A DNA stretch of 64,000 nucleotides, taken from Candidatus Bathyarchaeia archaeon. GTDB taxonomy: Archaea; Thermoproteota; Bathyarchaeia; 40CM-2-53-6. Of this stretch, positions 49,277 through 58,352 are shown piece after piece. The stretch spans positions 1-64,000 of the forward strand of contig JBEKVV010000003.1 in assembly GCA_049513715.1 (NCBI GenBank), written 5' to 3'. The position numbers were made by a program, and so were the translations under genes. Position 1 is the first letter of the stretch. Every line of letters begins with the position of its first letter. The notes below the pieces were generated by a model, which searched no databases, had not been told where the DNA came from, and saw only the letters and a list, made by a program, of their open reading frames with translations.

Positions 49277-52048
49277 TCACTTTGTTACCATCACTTTCAA
49301 CGCGGCTTCAGCGCTCTTCAACACTTCATCCGCGGCCTTCAGGTTCGTTCCTCCACCTTGGCCGAAGTATTCCTTGCCACCGCCACCGCCGCCCACAACC
49401 GCAGCCAACTTCGATGCTAGTTTCCCAGCATGTACTCCCTGCGCAATCGCATTCTTACCTGCACCCACGAAGACTCTGGCTGAGTTCTTCAACAGCAGCA
49501 GAACTGTGACAGCATTTGAATCCCTCTCGATGATTCTGTTGTTCAAGGAGACTAAGAGGAGCTCATCTTCTTCACCGCGAGTGTACTTCGCTTCGCATAA
49601 TCGCACTTTTCCGACCATCTTGGAAGAGCTAAGTAATCTTCCAGCTTCGTTCTCCGCCCACTCCGCGGCTAATCCCTCCACTCTCTTCGTTAACCTCGTC
49701 TTTTCTTCGACGAGTGATTGCACGTAGTTGCCCACTTTGTCAATTGGTGCTTCCACTGTTGTTGAGATTCCTTTGAGCGTCTTTTCCTGTTCTTGGAACG
49801 CTCGTAGAGCCTGCGTTCCCGCAGCGAATATGATTCGCTCTACGCCGTCTTGAATGCGCTCGGTGTGGAGAATTTTGATTGTGCCAATCTGACCAGTCCG
49901 GGTGCAATGGGTTCCCCCGCAGGCCTCCACATCCCAGTCTCCAATCTTGATGATCCTTAGCTCCCTGCCGGGAACAACGCCCCCTTGGTACAACTTGTAG
50001 CCATACGCTTGCTCCGCTTTCTCCCTGGGCAGCCATTGCGATTCCACGGGTATATCTTGCAATGCGACTTCTGTTGCTAATCGCTCAATCTGCCTGACTT
50101 GATCGTCTGTGAGTCGTTCGTAGTGGGATATGTCGATTCGGCTCGACTCGACTCCCTTCTGCGCTCCTGCCTGCCAAGCATGCTGGCCTAGGACTCGGCG
50201 TGCCGCACCTAGAACCAAGTGTGTTCCAGTGTGGTGGCGCATCAGGCTCACACGCCTATCCCACTCAATAGAACCGCGGACAGTATCCCCCACGTTGGGC
50301 GCCCTTCCATCCAACTGATGAACCACAACGCGGCCCGCCTTTTGTGTGTCAACAACTTTGACGGGGCCGTTGCTGGTCTCTATGGTTCCGATGTCGCCTG
50401 GTTGGCCTCCTCCCTCGGGATAGAAACACGTTTGATCCAGAACCACGAACTTGCCATCGATGACAGCCAGCACTTTTCCATGAAACTCCTTCTGGAACGG
50501 GTCCTTGTAGTACAACGGCACTGTGTCCGGTAGCCCGGCCACTTTGTCTCTCAGCTTCTGTGAGGTTTCGGTTTCCACTTCTTCGTCGGAGGCACGTTTT
50601 CCGGACAGGTGCTTCTGCGCGACCATCCCGTAGAAGTTTCCAGGCGGGTTCGCTGTGACGCCGAGCGGTTCAGCGATTTCATTCACTATATCGGGAACCA
50701 TGCCCTGCGAATCATACAGCTCTACCAGAGTCTCCGATGGAACCTCTCTCAATCCCTTAGTTTTCAGGTCGGTGGCTATCTTCTTGACTAACTCTGATCC
50801 ACGTTCCAAGGTCCTTCGGTACTTGGACTCCTCGGACTTCAACTCCTCAGCAATCTCACTTCGCATCGCCTTCAGTTGCGGGAAGTCGTCGCCCCAGTAA
50901 TCGACCTGGGAATCCAAGACCTCGAGCATCTTGTCTTCAATTCCCAGTTGCCGCAACATTCTGTACGTTCGTCGGATTAGTAGGCGCGCTAGGTATCCTT
51001 CTTCGACGTTGGATGGAACAATACCTTCGGATAACAGAAACGCTATGACTTTGGTGTGGTCGGCGACTGCCATCGCGTTTTCAATCGGCACCATGGCTTT
51101 TTCGAGGTCTCGCCAATCCATCCCGACTCTTTCAGCAACCTTCTTCCTTGCGTCAATTCTGTCACCGCCGCGCTCTAGGTTCATGAAGCTTGAGTAAGGA
51201 ACCACTTTCGCCACGAGTTTCTCATCGTACTTGACTGAGGAGAGCTTGAAGATATTGTCCAACACTGGCCCATAGATGACTTGGAACGCGCTGGGTTTAC
51301 CTTGGCTCAGCCACGCCCACCGCTCAATCCCATAACCGGTATCAACGGTCCGGATTGGCAGCTTGACCAGTCGGTCGCCGTCCACCTTGTACTGCATGAA
51401 GACTAAGGTCGAGATCTCTAGGCCGGCGGATAGGCACTCGAGGTCTGGGCCTGCGTTTCCTCCACCTGACCAGAAGTGCTCTTTGTAGGACATGCTCTCA
51501 GACCTCAGTCCGAACTCTTCCGTCGCAAGTTGGTGATGGTAGCGAATCGTTTGGTCCATCCAGTAGATTTCCTTGTCAGGATAGTTGAAAGCGTGGGCGC
51601 CACCCATTTCGAACATTAGGTCATGCCGTCCCAATGTTGGACCCACGTTGTCGATGTCCGTGAACCTTATCGATGGTTGACTGACGACAAGTGGATTGGC
51701 GGGTGGAGGAACCGAGCCCTCGGTAACCCATGGTTGGAAATCGTAAATCGACGCCCCAACTAAGAAAACGTCGTCTCGCCAACGCGCAACGACAGGGTAT
51801 GGATTGATCCTCTGATGGCCATTTCGCTCAAAGAATGAAAGGAATAGTTCCCGCATCTCCCGGACGGAGTAAGGCCGTCGAGCTGGAGGTTTGCCTATAA
51901 ATGAATACTCAACGCAGGGGCTGTCCCCACAGTACCTTTCGTCGGGCTGTTGTGACCAGAAGTATGCTTTGCAGCATTCACACTGCCTCCTAGTGAACCC
52001 GTTCTCTTTGAAGAACGGGACCGCGAATTCCTTCTCATCAATTTCCAT
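49277..52048 (-). CDS. alaS: Alanine--tRNA ligase (archaeal)
   Basis: YPVVARWRDD, DTGYGIER, HTGTH, CGGTH, GGGGG. Confidence 0.97.
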   Translation of the reverse strand: MEIDEKEFAVPFFKENGFTRRQCECCKAYFWSQQPDERYCGDSPCVEYSFIGKPPARRPYSVREMRELFLSFFERNGHQRINPYPVVARWRDDVFLVGASIYDFQPWVTEGSVPPPANPLVVSQPSIRFTDIDNVGPTLGRHDLMFEMGGAHAFNYPDKEIYWMDQTIRYHHQLATEEFGLRSESMSYKEHFWSGGGNAGPDLECLSAGLEISTLVFMQYKVDGDRLVKLPIRTVDTGYGIERWAWLSQGKPSAFQVIYGPVLDNIFKLSSVKYDEKLVAKVVPYSSFMNLERGGDRIDARKKVAERVGMDWRDLEKAMVPIENAMAVADHTKVIAFLLSEGIVPSNVEEGYLARLLIRRTYRMLRQLGIEDKMLEVLDSQVDYWGDDFPQLKAMRSEIAEELKSEESKYRRTLERGSELVKKIATDLKTKGLREVPSETLVELYDSQGMVPDIVNEIAEPLGVTANPPGNFYGMVAQKHLSGKRASDEEVETETSQKLRDKVAGLPDTVPLYYKDPFQKEFHGKVLAVIDGKFVVLDQTCFYPEGGGQPGDIGTIETSNGPVKVVDTQKAGRVVVHQLDGRAPNVGDTVRGSIEWDRRVSLMRHHTGTHLVLGAARRVLGQHAWQAGAQKGVESSRIDISHYERLTDDQVRQIERLATEVALQDIPVESQWLPREKAEQAYGYKLYQGGVVPGRELRIIKIGDWDVEACGGTHCTRTGQIGTIKILHTERIQDGVERIIFAAGTQALRAFQEQEKTLKGISTTVEAPIDKVGNYVQSLVEEKTRLTKRVEGLAAEWAENEAGRLLSSSKMVGKVRLCEAKYTRGEEDELLLVSLNNRIIERDSNAVTVLLLLKNSARVFVGAGKNAIAQGVHAGKLASKLAAVVGGGGGGKEYFGQGGGTNLKAADEVLKSAEAALKVMVTK

Positions 52049-52169
52049 TAGCTCTTGTTCCTCCAGCCGACAGAGCAGAACGAAGCAGACTAACTAGAAA
52101 GCTATTTGCCCGCTCCCTCTGTCAGCGAGGTGCGAGCGCAAGGGCCTGAAGCAGAAGCAGATTCAACAT
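52049..52169 (-). promoter_or_regulatory. Candidate translational attenuator of alaS-leuS
   Basis: Leader ORF plus mutually exclusive helices overlapping the GGAGG SD (52060-52064). Confidence 0.55.
52122..52169 (-). CDS. Leader peptide MLNLLLLQALALAPR
   Basis: 7 Leu + 3 Ala in 15 codons, ending 73 nt upstream of alaS. Confidence 0.55.
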   Translation of the reverse strand: MLNLLLLQALALAPR

Positions 52170-52357
52170 ACCCGGCCCAACTCATCAGCATAGAATCGGC
52201 GTTTCAGCCAAATATACGTTATTGTGGAGCTGGATGCAGCAATGCCTCTGAAAGGCGATTCTGCCCATAATTTATCCACACTTCTATTCCCTTCGGCCTG
52301 CATTCGGGCCTATGCAGCCTTAATTCCTACTCTGCGATTCCTCTACTAGATGTCCCA

Positions 52358-53308
52358 ATGATCCACAAAGACGTGGTGACTGTCGTAGAGGACGTACGAA
52401 TCAGACAGATGAGAGGCGGAACCGTTGTCACACACGAGGCCCTTACCGCCCTTCGAACCGCAGCACTAGCCTCGACCTCAAAATCGCCCGAAGAGTTCAC
52501 CGCCGAGCTAGAGGAGAATGCAAAGTACCTCACCAATATTCGCGCCGCCTCAATCCCCCTAACCAACGGGCTGCGTTATGTGGTTAGTGAAGTTCAACAA
52601 GCCAAAAGCCGCGGGGCAACTATTCAAGAATTGAAGGAGGTCGTTTCCAACTCTTCGATGCGGTTTGATCGAAAGCTGGAGGAGTCACTTCAGCAGATTT
52701 CGGAAATCGGAGCACGCAGGCTGAAGGATGGAGACGTCATAATGACGCATAGCTACAGTAGCTCGGTCATCGCGATCCTGAAGAAAGCGCATCAGCAGGG
52801 CAAGCGGTTCAAAGTGTTCGTCACGGAAACTAGGCCTGAGCTTGAAGGGCAAGACGTGGCTCGTGAACTCGCCGCCGAAGGGATCGATACGACCCTGATT
52901 ATTGATTCTGCGGTCTCGCACTTCATTGAAGACGCAGACAAGGTGATTGTGGGGGCGGAGGCTGTTGCAGCAAACGGGGCGATTGTAAACAAGATTGGCA
53001 CGGCGACCATCGCAGCAGTAGCGCACGGCGCCCGTGTGAGAGTGTTCGTTGCCGCTAGCACTTACAAATTCAGCCCGGAAACGATGTTCGGAGAACTTAT
53101 CACCATAGAAGAAAGGTCACCGTCATTCGTGTCAGACCAACTCGAAAAGAAGAAGCTGCCGAACTTGAGGATCAGGAATCCGGCCTTTGACGTAACTTCT
53201 CCACAAGACATTGACCTAATCATCACAGAACGCGGAGTCATCCCACCCCAAGCCGCAATAATGATCCTCCGCGAACAAAAGGGCCCACTGATCTTCGCGC
53301 CCCAATGA
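52358..53308 (+). CDS. eIF2B alpha/beta/delta family (ribose-1,5-bisphosphate isomerase-like)
   Basis: ETRP, GAE...NG..VNKIGT, NPAFDVT, ITERG. Confidence 0.9.
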   Translation: MIHKDVVTVVEDVRIRQMRGGTVVTHEALTALRTAALASTSKSPEEFTAELEENAKYLTNIRAASIPLTNGLRYVVSEVQQAKSRGATIQELKEVVSNSSMRFDRKLEESLQQISEIGARRLKDGDVIMTHSYSSSVIAILKKAHQQGKRFKVFVTETRPELEGQDVARELAAEGIDTTLIIDSAVSHFIEDADKVIVGAEAVAANGAIVNKIGTATIAAVAHGARVRVFVAASTYKFSPETMFGELITIEERSPSFVSDQLEKKKLPNLRIRNPAFDVTSPQDIDLIITERGVIPPQAAIMILREQKGPLIFAPQ

Positions 53309-53440
53309 AAGCAAGCCAAAACAACAACTGCTTGCGATCATACTCTGATCGCTCCTACTCCGGTCGGGGAGTCTTGCTTATGTTTCCCGTGGAAGAGTAA
53401 CACTGCAGCGAATCCGGACGTAGTTGATAAGAAGATACGA

Positions 53441-53728
53441 TTAGATCCTGTCGATGTGATCTGCGGGAAATCCCAGCTTGACCAGTTCGTCTTTGACGCG
53501 AACTCGGTGGTCTCCTTGAAGGAGAAGCTCTCCGCCTTTGGTGGTTCCCCCTGTACCGAATCGTCGTTTAAGTTCACGACCAATCTCCTCCAGACGCGCG
53601 CTAGGGAGTCCTTGGATGATCGTGACCGGTTTGCGAAACCGTCTGAACTCCAGTCTGATGACGATACGAGCTTCGCTACGGTCAAGCTCCTCTAACGGGT
53701 TGTACCCAAGATCGTCTGGTTTCTCCAT
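53441..53728 (-). CDS. Translation initiation factor aIF1 (SUI1)
   Basis: KPVTIIQGL, LK...GTGGT, LQGDHR. Confidence 0.92.
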   Translation of the reverse strand: MEKPDDLGYNPLEELDRSEARIVIRLEFRRFRKPVTIIQGLPSARLEEIGRELKRRFGTGGTTKGGELLLQGDHRVRVKDELVKLGFPADHIDRI

Positions 53729-53934
53729 GCAAGGTCAAGCCGTAACAATATAGAGCTTATAATAAGAGATTTCTCCGTTGGCAACCAACCGCCATCCAAT
53801 GCCACCCTAGAATCAAAAGACACCCAAATCGCGAGAGGGATGAGTCTTCTCCACTTCTGCTCCGGGTGACGATGTCTGTGACTGGTTTCCTGGGCTGCCT
53901 CGTCACCAAATAGGCCCACAGCCTAACGTTAGGT

Positions 53935-54867
53935 GTGAATAGCAAGATGAGTAAGCGTGTTGTTTCCTTGGAAATACTGCAATCGCTGTCAGACGCAATA
54001 ACTGAGTTGGCAGACAAAATCGGTCCTTCCGTTGTCAGGATTAGGTCCGGAAGAGGCTTCGGCACTGGAGTGGTCTGGAGAGAAGACGGATATGTTCTCA
54101 CATGCAGTCACGTCGTGGGCAGGGCCAGCGCCGTTGAGATCGGTTTTGGAAAAGGTGAGAACGTTCAGGCTAAAGTGACTGGGCATGATCCATACTCAGA
54201 CATGGCCCTTTTAAAAGTCGAGCAGAATGGCTTGAAGGCAATTGAGCTCGGAGACTCCGAGCAAATCAAAGTTGGTCAACTCGTCTTTGCTTTCGCCAAT
54301 CCTTTCGGCCGACGCCCGAGCACCACATCAGGAATCGTCACAACCGCAAACGCCGCATTGGGATGGGGGCGAGGGTTCATGGAAAACATGATCATTACAG
54401 ACGCGCCGTTGAACCCTGGCTATTCAGGTGGCCCCCTGGTTGACGCATCGGGCAAAATGATAGGGCTCAACGTGGCCTACGCTAACTCTCGCGGTATCGC
54501 AATTCCAATCAACGCCAGCAAGATGATCATTGACAGCCTCATCCGTGAGGGTAGAATCAGAAGGGCACATCTAGGAATCATGACGGACACCCTAAGCTTC
54601 TCGCAGGATATCGCTAAACAGGCGAAGATAGAGCAAGAAGAAGGACTCATGATACTCGAAGTAGAACCAGACAGCCCAGCCAAGAAAGCAGGCCTAGTCG
54701 TTGGAGACATCGTCGTAGGATTCAACAAAGCACGGATCAGAAGCCATCAAGATCTGCACCGATTACTAACAAAAGACATCATCGGAAAACCAGTTGAGAT
54801 AGAAATCCTCCGAGCAGAAAAACTCGTCAAGTTAACGATTAGCTCCACTGAAGACGAGCCCTCATAA
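53935..54867 (+). CDS. HtrA/DegP-like serine protease with PDZ domain
   Basis: TCSHV, DMALL, NPGYSGGP, C-terminal PDZ; start may be 53947. Confidence 0.92.
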   Translation: MNSKMSKRVVSLEILQSLSDAITELADKIGPSVVRIRSGRGFGTGVVWREDGYVLTCSHVVGRASAVEIGFGKGENVQAKVTGHDPYSDMALLKVEQNGLKAIELGDSEQIKVGQLVFAFANPFGRRPSTTSGIVTTANAALGWGRGFMENMIITDAPLNPGYSGGPLVDASGKMIGLNVAYANSRGIAIPINASKMIIDSLIREGRIRRAHLGIMTDTLSFSQDIAKQAKIEQEEGLMILEVEPDSPAKKAGLVVGDIVVGFNKARIRSHQDLHRLLTKDIIGKPVEIEILRAEKLVKLTISSTEDEPS

Positions 54868-54962
54868 GAAGCCGCACGCTCAACCCACCCATTAGTTTAC
54901 TACTGCCACCAAAATTCTCGCCCTCACATCAGTGCATCCTCTGACACCACATCGCGGAGTGG

Positions 54963-55316
54963 TCAAGGGGCACGAACGAAATGAGGCATCTCATCCGGAA
55001 TTACTAGAGAGAGTTCGACAAACCCGCAGTACTCCCCTGCCTTGTACCAGGGTGTTTGGAATATCAGTTTTCGAACACCGTTCTTCTCTATTGTGTATAC
55101 GTTGGCCTGTCGTTTTTCCATAAGCTGCTTGAGTTTAGTCAGTGCAGCTTCTGAGTGGCAGTCAAGCAAATTGGTACCGATTAGTTCCCGACCGCCATCG
55201 TCCTTGAAGCCCTCCGCAGCCTTGGCGTTCATCTCTAGAATGATGCCGTCTGAATTGCACACGGTAATTGCGCCGGGAAATTCCTCTACCCACAAATGAT
55301 CTGCCACCTTGACCAA
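54963..55316 (-). CDS. Standalone PAS-domain protein
   Basis: ITVC..DG.I..MN, LIG.NLLDCH, YTIEK. Confidence 0.8.
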   Translation of the reverse strand: MVKVADHLWVEEFPGAITVCNSDGIILEMNAKAAEGFKDDGGRELIGTNLLDCHSEAALTKLKQLMEKRQANVYTIEKNGVRKLIFQTPWYKAGEYCGFVELSLVIPDEMPHFVRAP

Positions 55317-55410
55317 ATCGCTATTACTCCTAAGGAGAACTATCGTCGACGTCCTTAGAAGATTTTTGTTTCACTTCCAACGATGCCGCCCGGTTGCCCG
55401 GGGTCTTGTT

Positions 55411-55809
55411 TCATTGCGTTTTCGAGAAAGTCAAGGAAGCGGAGTTGATGCAGTAGCGCAGTCCAGTTGGTTCGGGGCCGTCGCCGAAGACATGGCCTAG
55501 GTGTGCATTGCATACACTGCATGCGACTTCTGTGCGTTTCATGAAGAAACTCCTATCGGACTCCGTTTTCACACTATTCTGCGCTATTGGGGTCCAGAAG
55601 CTGGGCCATCCAGTTCCAGATTCAAACTTACTTTCGGAACCAAAAAGTCCGTTGCCGCAACAAACGCATTGGTAGATTCCCTTCTCGTGATTGTTCCAGT
55701 AGGTGCCAGTGAACGGTCTTTCGGTTCCCTTTTTCCGGGCGACCCGATACTGTTCCGGGGTGAGTAGTTGCTTCCACTCCGCGTCTGTTTTAGTGACCTG
55801 TTGATTCAT
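55411..55809 (-). CDS. msrB: Peptide-methionine (R)-S-oxide reductase
   Basis: GTERPF, SGTGWPSF, HLGHVF, RYCINS. Confidence 0.97.
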   Translation of the reverse strand: MNQQVTKTDAEWKQLLTPEQYRVARKKGTERPFTGTYWNNHEKGIYQCVCCGNGLFGSESKFESGTGWPSFWTPIAQNSVKTESDRSFFMKRTEVACSVCNAHLGHVFGDGPEPTGLRYCINSASLTFSKTQ

Positions 55810-55899
55810 CTCTAAATCTCACATGGTTGAAGTAGGTCTTAGTCCTATCCCTTATTCGACATAAGTTGGATTCCTCGATCGAACGAGCTAGGTGAAAGA

Positions 55900-56349
55900 G
55901 TGGAACGCTTGCGTAAAATCTCCTGCGTGGCAATCGGTGTCTTGGCGCTCTCGGTTTGCCTGCCTTGGTTGACTGTGACCCTGAACCTATCTGAGATTGA
56001 GCGGGGAACGCAGCAGTATTCCATCCTCGGCGTTTCAATTACGACCCTGTCTCCCTCGGCCTCGGGTTCAACGTTCGTTTCCACTCCGTATTTTGTGGGG
56101 CTCTTCGATGTCCCTTACTTCACGTTTTCAGCGTTACTGCTTCTAGTTGCTTTGGTTTCCGGCCTGATCTCCATTGTGCTTAGGAAACCAAGATTGCAGT
56201 TGCTCGCTGCCGCTGCAGCTCTTCAAGGTGCCCATTTCTTGATGGACTTCGCGATCTCTAGGATATTCTCTGGAGTCTGCTCTTTATCTACTGTTAAAGC
56301 GAGGTACCCATCTTTCACCCGCATGATCAAGCTCGTGACCTTCTCGTAG
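55900..56349 (+). CDS. Putative membrane protein (3' end overlaps the convergent gene)
   Basis: TM-LPW...TM pattern; last ~125 nt antisense to 56223-56579. Confidence 0.4.
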   Translation: MERLRKISCVAIGVLALSVCLPWLTVTLNLSEIERGTQQYSILGVSITTLSPSASGSTFVSTPYFVGLFDVPYFTFSALLLLVALVSGLISIVLRKPRLQLLAAAAALQGAHFLMDFAISRIFSGVCSLSTVKARYPSFTRMIKLVTFS

Positions 56350-56579
56350 TTGACCACGACGCTTCCAACCGCCCCAGTCCACGGGCTCATGCGTTCACAA
56401 ATAGACGTAACGAGCAACGGGCCCATTTGCATGAATGAGTATTCCGCGTCCTCTGGCGAGAGGCTCTTCAACCCATCTCGCTGCTTCGCAAAGACAACGT
56501 CCCCGCGCTCGGACGCAAGGCCAACCCACCTGATTTTTGAGTGAATTTTGAAGATATCTTCCGGAGTTATTTCTGTCAA
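56223..56579 (-). CDS. Roadblock/profilin-like small protein (DUF6659-like)
   Basis: IRWVGL...G, R.GL.SL, YEKV. Confidence 0.65.
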   Translation of the reverse strand: MTEITPEDIFKIHSKIRWVGLASERGDVVFAKQRDGLKSLSPEDAEYSFMQMGPLLVTSICERMSPWTGAVGSVVVNYEKVTSLIMRVKDGYLALTVDKEQTPENILEIAKSIKKWAP

Positions 56580-57076
56580 TCCTTTGGCCTCGGAAGAATC
56601 TCACATCTCATTGCATTACTCTTTTCGTCGTAGGCCGCATTTCTAGCCTCAAAATCCCTACCGAGCAAAGCGCTCAGCGCCCCGCACCACCAAGAGAAGA
56701 GAAAGGATTTCGCGGCGCCGATAGTTCCTTTGACGCAGGGGTTGAATATTTCCAACAGAATTGGCTGGTCTTGTTGTTCGGGAAGCGTTACCGTGGTGAT
56801 TCCCACACCCGTCAATGAATCATACTTGATCAGCACGTCGATAAGATCTCTGACGGAGGAGTTCGGCCGCTCCTTGCGAAACAACTCAGTTTCCTGTTTT
56901 CCTCCGCGAAACTCAAGATTGTTTATGATGACATCTGAAACTGGAACGCCCACTAGGGAATCAAGATAGTTGCATAAGTCCTGGGGGGTGATGGCCAATT
57001 GGCGACGGCCCAAAATGCGAAGCTCGCCTTTCTCTTTGTCCCAGACGAGCTCGTCGCTCAAAGAACTCCACAACAC
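56576..57076 (-). CDS. V4R/4-vinyl-reductase-like protein
   Basis: GELRILGRR, TGVG, WWCGAL, RCEI. Confidence 0.6.
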   Translation of the reverse strand: MLWSSLSDELVWDKEKGELRILGRRQLAITPQDLCNYLDSLVGVPVSDVIINNLEFRGGKQETELFRKERPNSSVRDLIDVLIKYDSLTGVGITTVTLPEQQDQPILLEIFNPCVKGTIGAAKSFLFSWWCGALSALLGRDFEARNAAYDEKSNAMRCEILPRPKD

Positions 57077-57159
57077 CCACTAAGGAAACTTGCCTAATGA
57101 AGGTCGCGTTCAGGAATTACGAAATGGAGAACCTTTTCCTTCTAATGTTCATCCTCGAA

Positions 57160-57318
57160 TCATGTCTCTGTCCGGGCAGAGCGCTTACGTCCCGGAGACT
57201 CCGCGGCGAAGCTCCCTTGTTTTCCGCACCAAGATTGATGCATCTCGTACAACCGTTTCCCCTCCGCGTCGTTAGTGAACTTCGCGCCACATCGGCATAC
57301 AGTATATTCCTCGGACAA
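57160..57318 (-). CDS. 52-aa C2HC Zn-finger-like protein
   Basis: MSEEYTVCRCGAKF...YEMHQSWC; GAGGTG SD; manual translation. Confidence 0.6.
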   Translation of the reverse strand: MSEEYTVCRCGAKFTNDAEGKRLYEMHQSWCGKQGSFAAESPGRKRSARTET

Positions 57319-57498
57319 GGTCGGTAGCACCTCACAAAGCAGTCAAGGGTCAGAACCCTAATAGGCTGTATTAAGCTCACATTCTCCTTGGCTAAGCGGA
57401 GGAACGCAATTTGTTCGGCGCTTCCGCGAGAGGCGGTTATGTTGAGACGGACGACTCATAGAGCTCTAAGGACGATCGGCTCATAGAGGGAACAGAGC

Positions 57499-57888
57499 TT
57501 GGCGGTTTTTATCGTTCATGAACATTGGGCTACTGCTCACCATTTCGATTTTCGACTAGAGATGGATGGGGTGTTGAAATCGTGGGCTGTACCGAAAGGC
57601 CCACCTATAGCAAGTGGCATCAAGCGACTCGCTATGGCGGTGGATGACCATCCGCTCGAGTATGGCTCGTTCCAGGGGACAATCCCCGAGGGAGGATACG
57701 GTGCGGGCAAGGTCATAATCTGGGATCATGGAGACTACACGCTAAAGGAAAGAACCGCGCGGGTAATCCAATTCGAGCTTCACGGAGCCAAATTGAAAGG
57801 GGATTACGAGCTCTTGTATTGGAAAGAAGAGCGCGGCCGCGCCCAATGGCTCCTATTCATGCCCTCAAAGAAAGAGAAGAAAAACTGA
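57499..57888 (+). CDS. Standalone LigD 3'-phosphoesterase domain
   Basis: HEH.A..HFDFRLE..GVLKSWAVPKGP, DHPLEY, YGAG.V..WD.G. Confidence 0.92.
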   Translation: MAVFIVHEHWATAHHFDFRLEMDGVLKSWAVPKGPPIASGIKRLAMAVDDHPLEYGSFQGTIPEGGYGAGKVIIWDHGDYTLKERTARVIQFELHGAKLKGDYELLYWKEERGRAQWLLFMPSKKEKKN

Positions 57889-57911
57889 CCGACTTCAACG
57901 CAACACGCTAT

Positions 57912-58286
57912 TCAGAGCAACTCAATCCAAATTCCATTTGGATCTTTCACGTAGACCTCAGTTCCCTTAGAATCAGCCGGGCTAACAGCAACCCTGGCAC
58001 CTTTTCGAACCAATTCCCTGAAAGCATCTTTCACATCGTCAACTCGGAACGCAAGGTGGTCAAGCTCCTCGCCTTTAGAGTACTTCGCGTAGAATCTAGT
58101 TCTTGGGGGGTACCAGTTCAGTTCCAGCCTCTGAGGTGACCCGAGGCTTCTCAGGTGCACGTACTTCCCACCATGGGGCATTCGTCCTCTGCTGGTCACT
58201 TTCATCCCGAAAACCTTTGTGTAGAACTGCAGAGATTCGTGCATGTCTTTGACCCGTATGCCGGTGTACGTGAAACGAAATCTCAT
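57912..58286 (-). CDS. VOC/glyoxalase family protein
   Basis: YTGIRVKD, LELN, DHLAF.VDD, DPNGIWIEL. Confidence 0.9.
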   Translation of the reverse strand: MRFRFTYTGIRVKDMHESLQFYTKVFGMKVTSRGRMPHGGKYVHLRSLGSPQRLELNWYPPRTRFYAKYSKGEELDHLAFRVDDVKDAFRELVRKGARVAVSPADSKGTEVYVKDPNGIWIELL

Positions 58287-58352
58287 AGGCTCCCGCTCGC
58301 TGGGCTTGGCGTATAGATTTTATGCCGACGTGAGACGGTGGTCACTGATTGC

